A DNA stretch of 64,000 nucleotides from Bacteroidia bacterium (GTDB lineage Bacteria > Bacteroidota > Bacteroidia > UBA4408). The stretch is taken from contig DAORKI010000003.1 of NCBI GenBank assembly GCA_035439485.1, positions 8,326 through 72,325 of the forward strand. Direction: 5' to 3'. Shown here in pieces: positions 37,398 through 47,738 of this stretch. Position 1 is the first letter of the stretch. Every line of letters begins with the position of its first letter. The notes under the pieces were generated by a model that was given only the letters and a program-made list of their open reading frames with translations, searched no databases and was not told the DNA's origin. The position numbers and the translations under genes were made by a program.

Positions 37398-39548
37398 TTG
37401 GTTATGTATAAAACGCTTGTTTTAAATATTCTTCTGTTTTTTTCTCCTCTCCTTTCTGTTGGGCAAGAAATTCGTATTAAATTAAAAGATGATTTTCACA
37501 ATTCTTTCAAGATAACGTACGAACTTTATTACCTCACCGACACCAGTTCTAGCATGAGTTTTGCTGAAGCACAAGAAAGCAATCAATTTAAACTTCATCA
37601 ACAAAGTATTACACCTAATTTAGGGTTTACTTCAAATAATTATTGGTTTAAATTCATTATCACCAATACCCAAGCTAAACAAAGCCGGGTTTTAGAATTT
37701 GCTTATCCTTTCTTCAATAGATTAGATGTTTATATTCCAAACATACAAGGTATTTATAACAAAACTACCGTTGGTGATCATTTCCCTTTTGCCGTAAGAC
37801 CATTTAAACATAAAAATTTTTTATTTGATTTGAGTTTCGAAAGTGGTGAAACAAAAATTATCTACGCGTATTTACATTGCAATGGAGAAGCTACAAGCTT
37901 TCCTATAAAAGTATGGACAAAGCATGATTATTTGAGAAATAATTATGAAGAACATTTGGCTTTAGGCATATATTATGGAATTGCTTTGTTTGTATTTTTC
38001 TTTTCGGCATTTCTTTGGTTCATAGTACGTGAACGATATCAGTTGTATTATTTTTTGTATATAATTGGAGTTGCAATTTTTCAATTTTCATTGGATGGTT
38101 TGGCCTTTGAGTATTTGTGGCCTAATAATGTTTGGTTTGCAAATCATGTCATTCCCTTGAGTGGTTCCTTTACCATACTTGCTTTGATTTTGTTTGCCAT
38201 TTCTTTGCTAAAAACAAAAATACATACACCTATCATCCATAAGATTTTAATTGCACTAATGGCCATAGATGTAGTGTTTTTTATAATGTCATTTATTCCA
38301 AACCCATCATATTCAATTGCCCTAATGGGGTTAAATATTATTGCTGTACCTATTAACATTTTAATCCTTGTTGCCGCTATCATATCATATCGAATGGGAA
38401 TTAGCACAGCTAAGTATTTTTTAGTAGCCTTTTCATTATTAATACTTGGTATTCTTATAGCTTTATTCAAAAATTTTGGAATCCTACCTAGGGTTTTTAT
38501 CACTGAGTATAGTATTCAAATTGGTTCTGCCATTGAATTAATTATGCTGTCTTTAGCCTTAGCCGAAAATGTAAAATATTTAAAACTAGAAAAAGAAAAA
38601 GCACAAGCACTGTTGCTTGAAGAATTAAAAGAAAAAAGTAAGCTTCAGGAAATTGCTAATTTAGAATTGGAAAAAAAAGTAAATGAACGAACCGCAGAAA
38701 TACAACTTCAAAAAGAAGTTATTGAGGAGAAAAACAATGATATTACAGCAAGTATCAATTACGCATTAAAAATACAAGAAGCAATTTTGCCACGCGATGA
38801 AGAACTTAAAGCTTCTCTTAATGAGTATTTTGTTTTTTACAAACCACGCGATATTATTAGTGGCGATTTTTATTGGTTTTCGAAACGTGAAAATTTAATT
38901 TTTGTTGCTGCAGCAGATTGTACAGGGCATGGCGTTCCAGGAGCATTAATGAGTATGTTGGGTAATTCTTTTTTAAACGAAATTGTAAACGAATATCAAA
39001 TTTATAACCCTGCTGAAATTCTTGATTTACTTAGATTAAAAGTGATTAAAACTTTGCGCCAACGTGAAACAAATACAAAAGATGGAATGGACATTGCTAT
39101 CTGCGTTATCAATACCCAATTAAAAGAAATAAATTATGCCGGTGCTTTTAACCCAGCGTATATCACTAGTTCAAAATATGACTCACATTCAAGCAGCTTT
39201 GATGTGTATGAAAACGAATTAGTACCGGATAAAAAATTAATTATTCTACCAGCCGATCGATTTCCAGTTGGCATAGTAGAAGGACAGAATAATGATATGT
39301 TTACAAATAAAGTATATAAATATAAAAGTGGCGATAGTCTTTATTTATTCAGTGATGGTTTGGCCGATCAATTTGGCGGAAATCTCGGTAAAAAATTTAA
39401 AACCAAACAAATCAAAGACTTATTATTAAAAGTGGCGAGATATGATATGGACTTCCAAAAACTGAGTATTAGTGATGAATTTGAAAGTTGGAAAGGTAAA
39501 CATGAACAGGTAGATGATATTTTAATGATTGGTATTAAACTAACTTAG
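37398..39548 (+). CDS. 7TM-DISM receptor (7TMR-DISMED2 extracellular domain plus 7 TM helices) fused to a PP2C/SpoIIE-type serine phosphatase
   Basis: 716 aa. Signal peptide, a roughly 160-aa extracellular domain, seven hydrophobic helices (aa about 185-390), a coiled coil, then PP2C motifs ISGDFYWF and AADCTGHGVPGALMSM. Confidence 0.75.
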   Translation: MVMYKTLVLNILLFFSPLLSVGQEIRIKLKDDFHNSFKITYELYYLTDTSSSMSFAEAQESNQFKLHQQSITPNLGFTSNNYWFKFIITNTQAKQSRVLEFAYPFFNRLDVYIPNIQGIYNKTTVGDHFPFAVRPFKHKNFLFDLSFESGETKIIYAYLHCNGEATSFPIKVWTKHDYLRNNYEEHLALGIYYGIALFVFFFSAFLWFIVRERYQLYYFLYIIGVAIFQFSLDGLAFEYLWPNNVWFANHVIPLSGSFTILALILFAISLLKTKIHTPIIHKILIALMAIDVVFFIMSFIPNPSYSIALMGLNIIAVPINILILVAAIISYRMGISTAKYFLVAFSLLILGILIALFKNFGILPRVFITEYSIQIGSAIELIMLSLALAENVKYLKLEKEKAQALLLEELKEKSKLQEIANLELEKKVNERTAEIQLQKEVIEEKNNDITASINYALKIQEAILPRDEELKASLNEYFVFYKPRDIISGDFYWFSKRENLIFVAAADCTGHGVPGALMSMLGNSFLNEIVNEYQIYNPAEILDLLRLKVIKTLRQRETNTKDGMDIAICVINTQLKEINYAGAFNPAYITSSKYDSHSSSFDVYENELVPDKKLIILPADRFPVGIVEGQNNDMFTNKVYKYKSGDSLYLFSDGLADQFGGNLGKKFKTKQIKDLLLKVARYDMDFQKLSISDEFESWKGKHEQVDDILMIGIKLT

Positions 39549-39790
39549 TTTGATTTACTCTTTACAAAAAATTCAAACTTTTTTTCGGATGTCGCTCAAT
39601 TAAGGTTATAAAATCTTTATAACTAAAATATAAATTAGTATTTGGTGAGCATCAATTTTTTCTATAATATCCGTGAAAAAGGACTTTTTAAAATTGAAGG
39701 ATTTGCGAGCTACTCAAATAATTGAAATTGGAATAAGTTCTTTAATTAAAGAGTATGAAGCTTGGTAAACTCAAGCTGAATATTTTAGGC

Positions 39791-40855
39791 CTAATGAAGA
39801 ATTTTAAATAACATCTCACGCATCAGCTCTCCTTTTTCAATTTGAATACCATCTAAACCTTTACTTCGCATATCATACTCATGCAAATAACCAATTATGC
39901 GTACCAATTTATCTAATGAATAATTTTTCCCAGCCGTTTCTAAATCTTTTAATCCTGGACCATAAACTCTCATTTGTGACATAACAGCTTGCGCGTTTTT
40001 ATCAGGCAATGTTTGATAATAAAGCAGTTTTGAAAAATAAGTATATAATACTGCAATATTCATTTCAAAAGGATGATCTTTAGGATTTTTAGAAAAGTAA
40101 TCTACAATTTTATTTGCCTTTAAAACATCTTTGGATGCTATGGCATTTTGCAATTCAAAAATATTAAAATCCTTACTTATGCCAATAAACTGCTGCACAT
40201 CATCTGGAGATATTTCATCCTCGCTTTTTTTATTGATTGCTAGTTTGTTTAACTCGTTTACAATTCTACTCAAATCATTACCTAAATGATCAGCTAACAT
40301 CTGAACTGCTTTAGGATGTATTTTTATTTTGTTGGTTGAAGTATATTTTAAAATCCATTCTCCTAACTTGTAATCCTTTACTTTTTCAGAAGAAAACATA
40401 ATGGAATTTTTATCCATTGATTTGGCTAAACCAGTGCGTTTGTCTAAGGTTTTATATTTATAACATATCACCAAAACTGTTGTGCTCAAAGGCTTTAAAG
40501 CATACTCTTCAAGAGGACTAATTTCCGCCTCTTTTTTGGTATTCTTAGAGCTAATTTTTACACTGACTGTTTCTGTTAAGTTTTTAATTTCTTGAGCCTC
40601 TCTTACTATAATTACCTGTCTTTCGGCCATCATAGGAAATCTTTTAGCTGCACTAATTAAACTTATTAAATCTGTGTCTTTACCATATAAAACAGTTTGA
40701 TTAAATTCTCTTTCCGATTCTTCAAGCACATTGTTCTCAATATAATCAGCAATTTGATCAATGTAATAAGGTTCCTCTCCCTCCAAAAAATATATTGGGG
40801 CAAATTTTTTGGCCTTTAATGATGCAATAATATTTTCGAAACTCTCTTTTGGCAA
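39791..40855 (-). CDS. holA: DNA polymerase III delta subunit
   Basis: 354 aa. N-terminal FAPIYFLEGEEPYYID...VLYGKD...ERQVIIVREAQ pattern of HolA. Confidence 0.75.
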   Translation of the reverse strand: MPKESFENIIASLKAKKFAPIYFLEGEEPYYIDQIADYIENNVLEESEREFNQTVLYGKDTDLISLISAAKRFPMMAERQVIIVREAQEIKNLTETVSVKISSKNTKKEAEISPLEEYALKPLSTTVLVICYKYKTLDKRTGLAKSMDKNSIMFSSEKVKDYKLGEWILKYTSTNKIKIHPKAVQMLADHLGNDLSRIVNELNKLAINKKSEDEISPDDVQQFIGISKDFNIFELQNAIASKDVLKANKIVDYFSKNPKDHPFEMNIAVLYTYFSKLLYYQTLPDKNAQAVMSQMRVYGPGLKDLETAGKNYSLDKLVRIIGYLHEYDMRSKGLDGIQIEKGELMREMLFKILH

Positions 40856-40896
40856 TACCTAAATATTTAATTTATTATCAATAAATATAAATTGAA

Positions 40897-41673
40897 TTAC
40901 TCTTCAAATCTTAAATGTTTAACCGTATTTTTGTTGTTAATCAATTGGTTTAATGATTCAATCCCAATTTTCAAATGCATATCTACATAATTTTCTGTTA
41001 CTTTTTTATCACTATCACTTGTTTTGACACCTGAAGAAATCATAGGTTGGTCACTTACTAATAACAAAGCACCTGTAGGTATTTCATTATAAAATCCAGT
41101 ACTAAAAATAGTTGCTGTTTCCATATCTATACCCATCACTCTTAATTTTCGTAAATAGTCCTTAAAATCATCATCATGCTCCCAAACACGTCTATTAGTA
41201 GTGTACACTGTACCTGTCCAATAATCCCTATCAAATTCACGAATGGTTGTGCTCACCGCCTTTTGCAAACTAAATGCAGGTAATGCAGGTACTTCAGGCG
41301 GAAAGTAATCGTTGGATGTTCCTTCTCCTCTGATCGCTGCTATTGGAAGTATTAAATCTCCTAACTCATTTTTTTTCTTTAATCCTCCACACTTCCCTAA
41401 AAATAAACAAGCTTTAGGAGCTGCTGCACTTAACAAGTCCATTATTGTTGCTGCATTAGCGCTTCCCATTCCAAAATTAATGATGGTTATATCATTGGCG
41501 GTGGCATTAGGCATTATCTTATCTGTTCCATCAATGCTCACATTATTCCACTCGGCAAACATTTTCACGTAATTTTGAAAATTAGTGAGTAAAATATATT
41601 TCCCAATTTTATCAATACTTAAGCCAGTATAACGAGGAAGCCAATTGGCTACAATATCTTCTTTACTTTTCAT
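40897..41673 (-). CDS. phosphorylase family 1 (PNP/UDP/AMN) protein, AMP nucleosidase-like
   Basis: 258 aa. GMGSANAATIMDLL and GIDMETA motifs of the PNP/MTAP/AMN nucleoside phosphorylase fold. Confidence 0.6.
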   Translation of the reverse strand: MKSKEDIVANWLPRYTGLSIDKIGKYILLTNFQNYVKMFAEWNNVSIDGTDKIMPNATANDITIINFGMGSANAATIMDLLSAAAPKACLFLGKCGGLKKKNELGDLILPIAAIRGEGTSNDYFPPEVPALPAFSLQKAVSTTIREFDRDYWTGTVYTTNRRVWEHDDDFKDYLRKLRVMGIDMETATIFSTGFYNEIPTGALLLVSDQPMISSGVKTSDSDKKVTENYVDMHLKIGIESLNQLINNKNTVKHLRFEE

Positions 41674-41828
41674 GTTGAATATTATAATAAAATTGTTTTG
41701 TTAGCGGTTTCAAAAGTAAGTATTTGTTTTATAATATATGACATAGCAATTCAAAAGCTAGTATTAAATATGGTATTTTTGTCAAAAATATTTATTTTGA
41801 TTCCATTTTATAAGCCATAATTCAGATA

Positions 41829-42287
41829 GTGAAAACATATAAAAAGCTCAATTTTCCTGAATTTGAACCAAAACTTAAAAACGAAAATAATCAAACATTT
41901 GTACTTGATCATATTCGTAAAAAATGGTTGTTGCTTACGCCCGAAGAATGGGTAAGACAACATTTGGTTAACTATTTAATCACCATAAAAAATTATCCAG
42001 CTTCCCTCATTAGCCTAGAAGCTGGTTTAAAATACAACAGCCTACAAAAAAGGTCCGATATTTTAGTATATAGTAAATCCGGAAAACCCTTTTTACTTGT
42101 TGAGTGTAAGTCAACTGATGTAATTATTAATCAAAAAGTTATTGATCAAGTGAGTGTCTATAATAAATCTATAAATGCCACTTTTTTATGCGTGAGTAAT
42201 GGGTTAAAGCATTACTGTTGGACATTTAATAAAATGAACTCAGAATTTGAAATTCTCAATCAAATTCCTGATTACATTGAAACTTAA
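41829..42287 (+). CDS. type I restriction enzyme HsdR N-terminal domain (HSDR_N_2, PD-(D/E)xK-like) stand-alone protein
   Basis: 152 aa. SDILVY...LLVECKS gives a D...E-x-K pattern. Family assignment from memory of the conserved Bacteroidota 150-aa HsdR_N proteins. Confidence 0.5.
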   Translation: MKTYKKLNFPEFEPKLKNENNQTFVLDHIRKKWLLLTPEEWVRQHLVNYLITIKNYPASLISLEAGLKYNSLQKRSDILVYSKSGKPFLLVECKSTDVIINQKVIDQVSVYNKSINATFLCVSNGLKHYCWTFNKMNSEFEILNQIPDYIET

Positions 42288-42476
42288 ACTGATTTCACAA
42301 AATCTATGCGTGACGATATTTATATTCAATTGCTTATATTTCAAGCAGTTAATATAAAAAGTATATTATTTAAAACTATTGCACACATCAAAGTAATTGT
42401 TTAATTTTGCACTCCTTTTATAACAAACGTATTAAATCATTGTTAGATAAAGAAATATTAACTTAAAAATAAACAA

Positions 42477-43796
42477 ATGAGTAACACAAAAACATCTCCT
42501 GCCGAAAAGTTTAAAGTTAAAGACCTTTCTTTGGCTGAATGGGGAAGAAAAGAAATTAAACTAGCTGAGGTTGAAATGCCAGGCTTAATGGCTATTCGCG
42601 CTGAATATGGCGATAGCAAACCATTAAAAGGTGCTCGTATTGCAGGTTGTTTACACATGACCATTCAAACCGCAGTTTTAATTGAAACACTTACCCATCT
42701 TGGAGCTCAAGTATCATGGTCTTCATGTAATATTTTCTCAACGCAAGATCATGCTGCGGCTGCAATTGCTGCTGCTGGCATTCCGGTTTATGCATGGAAA
42801 GGAATGAATGAAGAAGAATTTGATTGGTGCATTGAACAAACATTATTTGCTTTTGAAGGTGGAGAGCCTTTAAATATGATTTTAGATGATGGTGGTGACT
42901 TAACCAATATGGTATTTGATCGCTATCCTGAATTAATGAAAGGCATCAAGGGCTTGTCTGAAGAAACAACAACCGGTGTTCATCGTTTATACGAACGTAT
43001 GAAGAATGGCACACTACATATGCCAGCCATAAACGTAAATGACTCTGTTACTAAGTCTAAATTTGACAATAAATATGGTTGCCGCGAATCATTGGTTGAT
43101 GCTATTCGTAGAGCTACAGATATTATGTTAGCCGGTAAAGTTGCAGTTGTAGCTGGTTATGGTGATGTTGGAAAAGGTTCTGCACAATCTTTAAGCTCTC
43201 AAGGCGTGCGTGTTATTGTTACCGAAATCGACCCTATTTGCGCTTTACAAGCCGCAATGGACGGTTACCAAGTAATGAAAATGGACAATGCTGTTAAAAT
43301 TGCTGATATCGTTGTTACCGCTACTGGTAACAAAAGCATAATCGTTGACCGCCACTTCAAAAACATGAAGCATAATGCTATAGTTTGTAACATCGGTCAT
43401 TTTGATAACGAAATTGATATGGCCTGGTTAAATAAAAACCATGGTGCATCAAAAGATGTGATTAAGCCTCAGGTGGATAAATATACAGTTGATGGAAAAG
43501 ATATCTTAGTTCTTGCTGAAGGACGTTTAGTTAATTTAGGTTGTGCAACTGGACATCCTTCTTTCGTAATGAGTAACTCGTTCACCAACCAAACTCTAGC
43601 ACAATTAGAGTTATGGCATAATTCCGCCAATTACGAAAATAAAGTATACACTTTGCCAAAGCATCTTGATGAAAAAGTGGCAAGTTTGCACTTAGCAAAA
43701 ATTGGTTGCGAGTTAGAAACATTATCACAAGAACAAGCCGATTATATTGGTGTTACTGTTCAAGGTCCATTTAAATCAGAAATGTACAGATATTAA
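42477..43796 (+). CDS. ahcY: adenosylhomocysteinase
   Basis: 439 aa. NAD-binding [12 protein letters not shown] and S-adenosylhomocysteine hydrolase signatures throughout. Confidence 0.95.
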   Translation: MSNTKTSPAEKFKVKDLSLAEWGRKEIKLAEVEMPGLMAIRAEYGDSKPLKGARIAGCLHMTIQTAVLIETLTHLGAQVSWSSCNIFSTQDHAAAAIAAAGIPVYAWKGMNEEEFDWCIEQTLFAFEGGEPLNMILDDGGDLTNMVFDRYPELMKGIKGLSEETTTGVHRLYERMKNGTLHMPAINVNDSVTKSKFDNKYGCRESLVDAIRRATDIMLAGKVAVVAGYGDVGKGSAQSLSSQGVRVIVTEIDPICALQAAMDGYQVMKMDNAVKIADIVVTATGNKSIIVDRHFKNMKHNAIVCNIGHFDNEIDMAWLNKNHGASKDVIKPQVDKYTVDGKDILVLAEGRLVNLGCATGHPSFVMSNSFTNQTLAQLELWHNSANYENKVYTLPKHLDEKVASLHLAKIGCELETLSQEQADYIGVTVQGPFKSEMYRY

Positions 43797-43819
43797 AATT
43801 AAAAAATAAACCTAATAGT

Positions 43820-43853
43820 CCCTGTTTTGACATTCAAAGCAGGGATTTTTTTT
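43820..43853 (+). terminator. rho-independent terminator of ahcY
   Basis: CCCTGTTTTG-ACATT-CAAAGCAGGG hairpin with one mismatch, followed by T8 (43846-43853), 24 nt after the stop. Confidence 0.7.
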
Positions 43854-43875
43854 AATTCATTATTAATTTTTTGAA

Positions 43876-44916
43876 GTGAATCCAACAACAACTCCACTTA
43901 AGAATGATATCATACTTCGCGTAGCTAAAGGTGAAAAAACTGAGAGAACTCCCGTTTGGCTTATGCGTCAAGCAGGCAGAATACTGCCCGAATATCGCAA
44001 AGTTCGCGAAAAAATGGGTGGTTTTAAAGAACTCGTTAAAAGCCCAGAATTTGCTTGTGAAGTAACAATTCAACCTGTGGACATTTTAGATGTAGATGCC
44101 GCCATTATTTTTTCTGATATATTAGTCATCCCCGAAGCAATGGGCTTAAATTATGAAATGGTTGAAAGCAAAGGCCCTTGGTTTAACAAAACAATACAAA
44201 ACATAAATGATATTAATGCATTAAAAATAGCTCAAGGGCATGATTTGCAATATGTGCTCGATGCCATTTCTCTTACAAAAAAAGAGTTGAACGGTAGGGT
44301 ACCATTGATAGGATTTGCAGGTGCACCATGGACTATTTTTTCATATATGATTGAAGGCAAAGGCTCTAAAACATTTTCTATTGCTAAAAAATTCCTTTAC
44401 ACAAATCCTATTGAATCTCATTTGCTATTGGATAAAATTACCCAAAGTACCATTAACTACTTAAAGGCGCAAATTGCTGCAGGGGCCGATATGATTCAAA
44501 TTTTTGACAGTTGGGCAGGTATTTTATCACCTCAACAATATACCGAATTTTCATTGAAGTATATTGATGAAATTTGCAATGCTATCAATCAGGTTCCTAT
44601 CACTGTATTTGCAAAAGGAGCATTTTTTGCTCGAAAAGAAATGGCGAATTTAAACTGCAACACAATTGGTTTAGATTGGAATATGGATATAGAAGAAAGC
44701 AAGGCAATCATTGGAAACAAAAAAACTTTACAAGGAAATATGGACCCATGTTTACTTTATGCAGATTTCAAAACTATAAAGAATGAAACTCAAAAAATGT
44801 TGAGGCAATTTGGACCTGAGCGCCATATTGCAAATTTAGGGCATGGCGTTTATCCAGATATAGAAAAGGATAAAGTAAAATGCTTTATAGATACCATCAA
44901 AGAATTTAGATTTTAA
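43876..44916 (+). CDS. hemE: uroporphyrinogen decarboxylase
   Basis: 346 aa. N-terminal [15 protein letters not shown] signature. Confidence 0.9.
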   Translation: MNPTTTPLKNDIILRVAKGEKTERTPVWLMRQAGRILPEYRKVREKMGGFKELVKSPEFACEVTIQPVDILDVDAAIIFSDILVIPEAMGLNYEMVESKGPWFNKTIQNINDINALKIAQGHDLQYVLDAISLTKKELNGRVPLIGFAGAPWTIFSYMIEGKGSKTFSIAKKFLYTNPIESHLLLDKITQSTINYLKAQIAAGADMIQIFDSWAGILSPQQYTEFSLKYIDEICNAINQVPITVFAKGAFFARKEMANLNCNTIGLDWNMDIEESKAIIGNKKTLQGNMDPCLLYADFKTIKNETQKMLRQFGPERHIANLGHGVYPDIEKDKVKCFIDTIKEFRF

Positions 44917-44925
44917 TATCAAAAA

Positions 44926-45948
44926 GTGCCAACAACAAATAGTTTCCATCAATTACAAGATTTAATCAAGTCGGTGACTGGTAAAATCTTTGTATTGTGT
45001 GATGAAAATACCTATTTTCATTGTTATGAGCAGCTTATTCAAAATATAGAGGTTCCTGTTTATCCCATTATTATTAGGCCAGGCGAAAATGAAAAAAATC
45101 TTCAAACCTGTACCTACATTTGGAATGTCCTTATGGCTGAAAATGCCGACAAAAATGCCATATTAGTTAATTTAGGAGGAGGAGTCATCACTGATGTAGG
45201 GGGATTTGTTGCAGCAACTTATAAAAGAGGAATAAATTACATTAATGTTCCAACTACCTTACTTGCCATGGTTGATGCTGCATCTGGTGGTAAATCTGGA
45301 GTTAATTTCAACCATTTAAAAAATATAATTGGAGTTATTTATCCACCCCAATTAGTAGTAATTCATGAAGCCTTTTTAAAAACTTTATCCCCACAACACC
45401 TTAAAAATGGATTTGTAGAAATGCTAAAACATGCTTTGTTGAGCAGCGAAAATGATTTAAATCAAATTATCAATTGTGGCATCATTAATAATTATATTAC
45501 CACTGATACCATTTTACATAGTTTATCGATAAAAAATAAAATTGTTACACAAGATCCTTTGGAACAAGGACCAAGGAAAGTTTTGAATTTAGGGCATACG
45601 CTTGGTCATGCCATTGAATCTGTTGCTATGAAAATAGGTGCTAATATTTTACATGGCGAAGCTGTGGCTGTTGGAATAATAATTATGCTGGAATTATCAG
45701 TTTTAAAATTGAATTTTGACCCTGTTAAAGCTCAAAAAATCATCGATTTTATTTACCTAAATTATTCTGTTCCAAATTGGCTAAAGGAGCACAAATCAGG
45801 CTTAATAAAAGCTACCTTACAAGATAAAAAAAACAGTAACAATCAAATAAAAATGGTTTTACTTAAAGATATAGGGCAAGCGGTTTATGATATTCATTGC
45901 CATACAGAAGAAATTGAAACATCTATAATGTCTCTTAAGTTAAGCTAA
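44926..45948 (+). CDS. aroB: 3-dehydroquinate synthase
   Basis: 340 aa. NAD-binding GGGVITDVGGFVAATYKRGI and LLAMVDAASGGKSGVN. Confidence 0.85.
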   Translation: MPTTNSFHQLQDLIKSVTGKIFVLCDENTYFHCYEQLIQNIEVPVYPIIIRPGENEKNLQTCTYIWNVLMAENADKNAILVNLGGGVITDVGGFVAATYKRGINYINVPTTLLAMVDAASGGKSGVNFNHLKNIIGVIYPPQLVVIHEAFLKTLSPQHLKNGFVEMLKHALLSSENDLNQIINCGIINNYITTDTILHSLSIKNKIVTQDPLEQGPRKVLNLGHTLGHAIESVAMKIGANILHGEAVAVGIIIMLELSVLKLNFDPVKAQKIIDFIYLNYSVPNWLKEHKSGLIKATLQDKKNSNNQIKMVLLKDIGQAVYDIHCHTEEIETSIMSLKLS

Positions 45949-45950
45949 AT

Positions 45951-46448
45951 TTACTCCAATAAAAGATTATTAATATAAATTAACGCCACTGCATGTGCTG
46001 CAACACCTTCTTCTCGGCCAACATAGCCCATTTTTTCATTGGTAGTTGCCTTTAAAGAAATTTGGTCCTCATTAATGCTCATCACCTGTGCTAAAGTACT
46101 TTGCATTTGCGAAATAAAAGGCTTAATCTTTGGTTTTTCAAGTACTAATGTAACGTCAATATTTCCAATTTCATATCGTTTTGAAGCTAGTAATTCAACC
46201 ACTTTTGTCAATAAAATTTTACTATCAATACCTTTAAATTGCATATCAGTATCAGGAAAATGTTTTCCAATATCTCCTAAAGCTGCTGCACCTAATAATG
46301 CATCACAAATAGCATGAATTACAACATCAGCATCAGAATGTCCAAAAGCTCCTTGAAAATGGGGTACTTGAATTCCAGCCAACCAAAATGGATGTCCATC
46401 TTTTAATTGATGAACATCAAAACCAAAACCAACCCTAAATTTTTGCAT
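45951..46448 (-). CDS. ispF: 2-C-methyl-D-erythritol 2,4-cyclodiphosphate synthase
   Basis: 165 aa. FGFDVHQL...GHSDADVVIHAICDALLGAAALGDIGKHFPDTD. Its start ATG at 46446-46448 overlaps the porV stop codon at 46448-46450 by 1 nt. Confidence 0.9.
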   Translation of the reverse strand: MQKFRVGFGFDVHQLKDGHPFWLAGIQVPHFQGAFGHSDADVVIHAICDALLGAAALGDIGKHFPDTDMQFKGIDSKILLTKVVELLASKRYEIGNIDVTLVLEKPKIKPFISQMQSTLAQVMSINEDQISLKATTNEKMGYVGREEGVAAHAVALIYINNLLLE

Positions 46449-47683
46449 TAATTGCTTGGTGTTTCTTTTGCTCCTGCTTTTGTTGACTCAAAATTAAACG
46501 TGAGTGTAAAACGCAAGGTATTTTGCAATGGATTTTGTTGTACGGTTGGAATTAAATAAGCAAAGTCAATTCCAAACACATTGTATCGTAAACCTGCACC
46601 AATATTAAAATACTGACGATTTCCTTTTGATGCTGCTTCATGAAAATAACCAGTTCGGAAAGCAAATAAATTATCATACCAATATTCTAATCCTACTGCC
46701 CACATTACTTCTCTTAGTTCTTCATTCATTCCACCTGGTGCATCATAAAATGATTGGGTTAATCCTTTTACTGTACCCACATTTGAAGGCTTTCCTGCAC
46801 TTAATTGAATAGTTCCATCGGCACCGTAGATAGGACTTCCAGTTGAATCACGGGCAATTTCAGGAGGTGTTGGTACTAATAATTTATTGAAATCAACCAT
46901 AAATGATAACTTATTATAATCATCTAAATCTAAAGTGATGTTGTTTCCAATTTTTAAATTCATTGGTATAAAGTCTCTTACAGCGGTTTCACTATAAGAA
47001 ATTTTTGATCCTAAATTTGACATATTTAAACCAAATGAGTAAGTAGCCTTTTTGCTTCCTAATTTAAGTTCATTATTTTGATAAAATGTGCTTATGTCAG
47101 CTGCCACAGCTTGCCCAGGTTTTGTATTTGCACCTGCAACATTAATATTACTTGTAAGATTCGAGAAAATATATCTCAAAGCAAGCGCTGTACTCCATCT
47201 AGAACTTAATTTACGGCTGTACGCTAAATCCAAGGCAAACTCATTTGGTCTAAATTGACCTATAGTGGTTCCATTGATATCGGTAAATGTAATATCTCCC
47301 AAAGAAAAATACCTGAGAGAGCCTGCTATGGCTTGATTTTTGTCTAATTTATGATAAGCACTTAAATAAGAAAAATTGATATCAGGAACCAATCTTCTAA
47401 GCCATGGCGTATAATTCAAAGCAAATCCTGTTTTCTTTTCAATAAACGCATACTTGGCTGCATTCCAATGCATTGAATTTACATCAGGTGTTGAAGCTGC
47501 ACCGCAATCCCCCATACCTCCAGCCCTTGAATCTGGGCCAATAGATAAAAATGGAACCGAAGTGGTAATCGTATTCAATTTTACTTCTTGACCAGTAATA
47601 GTTGAGCTGGTTTGCGCGTTAACGTTTGACATTAATACTAAAGCACCAAAGACAAAAACCTTAAACCAAATATTTTTTTTCAT
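46448..47683 (-). CDS. porV: type IX secretion system outer-membrane shuttle protein PorV (LptO)
   Basis: The first ATG is at 47681-47683 (MKKNIWFKVFV..); the track start 47707 is TTG. Signal peptide, then a LSIGPDSRAGGMGD region and a FadL-like beta-barrel. Immediately downstream of porU. Confidence 0.8.
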   Translation of the reverse strand: MKKNIWFKVFVFGALVLMSNVNAQTSSTITGQEVKLNTITTSVPFLSIGPDSRAGGMGDCGAASTPDVNSMHWNAAKYAFIEKKTGFALNYTPWLRRLVPDINFSYLSAYHKLDKNQAIAGSLRYFSLGDITFTDINGTTIGQFRPNEFALDLAYSRKLSSRWSTALALRYIFSNLTSNINVAGANTKPGQAVAADISTFYQNNELKLGSKKATYSFGLNMSNLGSKISYSETAVRDFIPMNLKIGNNITLDLDDYNKLSFMVDFNKLLVPTPPEIARDSTGSPIYGADGTIQLSAGKPSNVGTVKGLTQSFYDAPGGMNEELREVMWAVGLEYWYDNLFAFRTGYFHEAASKGNRQYFNIGAGLRYNVFGIDFAYLIPTVQQNPLQNTLRFTLTFNFESTKAGAKETPSN

Positions 47684-47738
47684 CAAAATTTCTTTAAAGG
47701 ACTGCAAATTTATAAATTAAACAATATAAAACACTTAC

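Noticed and set aside
42288-42476. SAH riboswitch upstream of ahcY
   Set aside because: Leader is uniformly AT-rich and lacks the GC-rich pseudoknotted core of the SAH riboswitch; no supporting structure seen.
44574-44786. 70-aa plus-strand ORF
   Set aside because: Alternative frame inside hemE; hemE frame is strongly supported.
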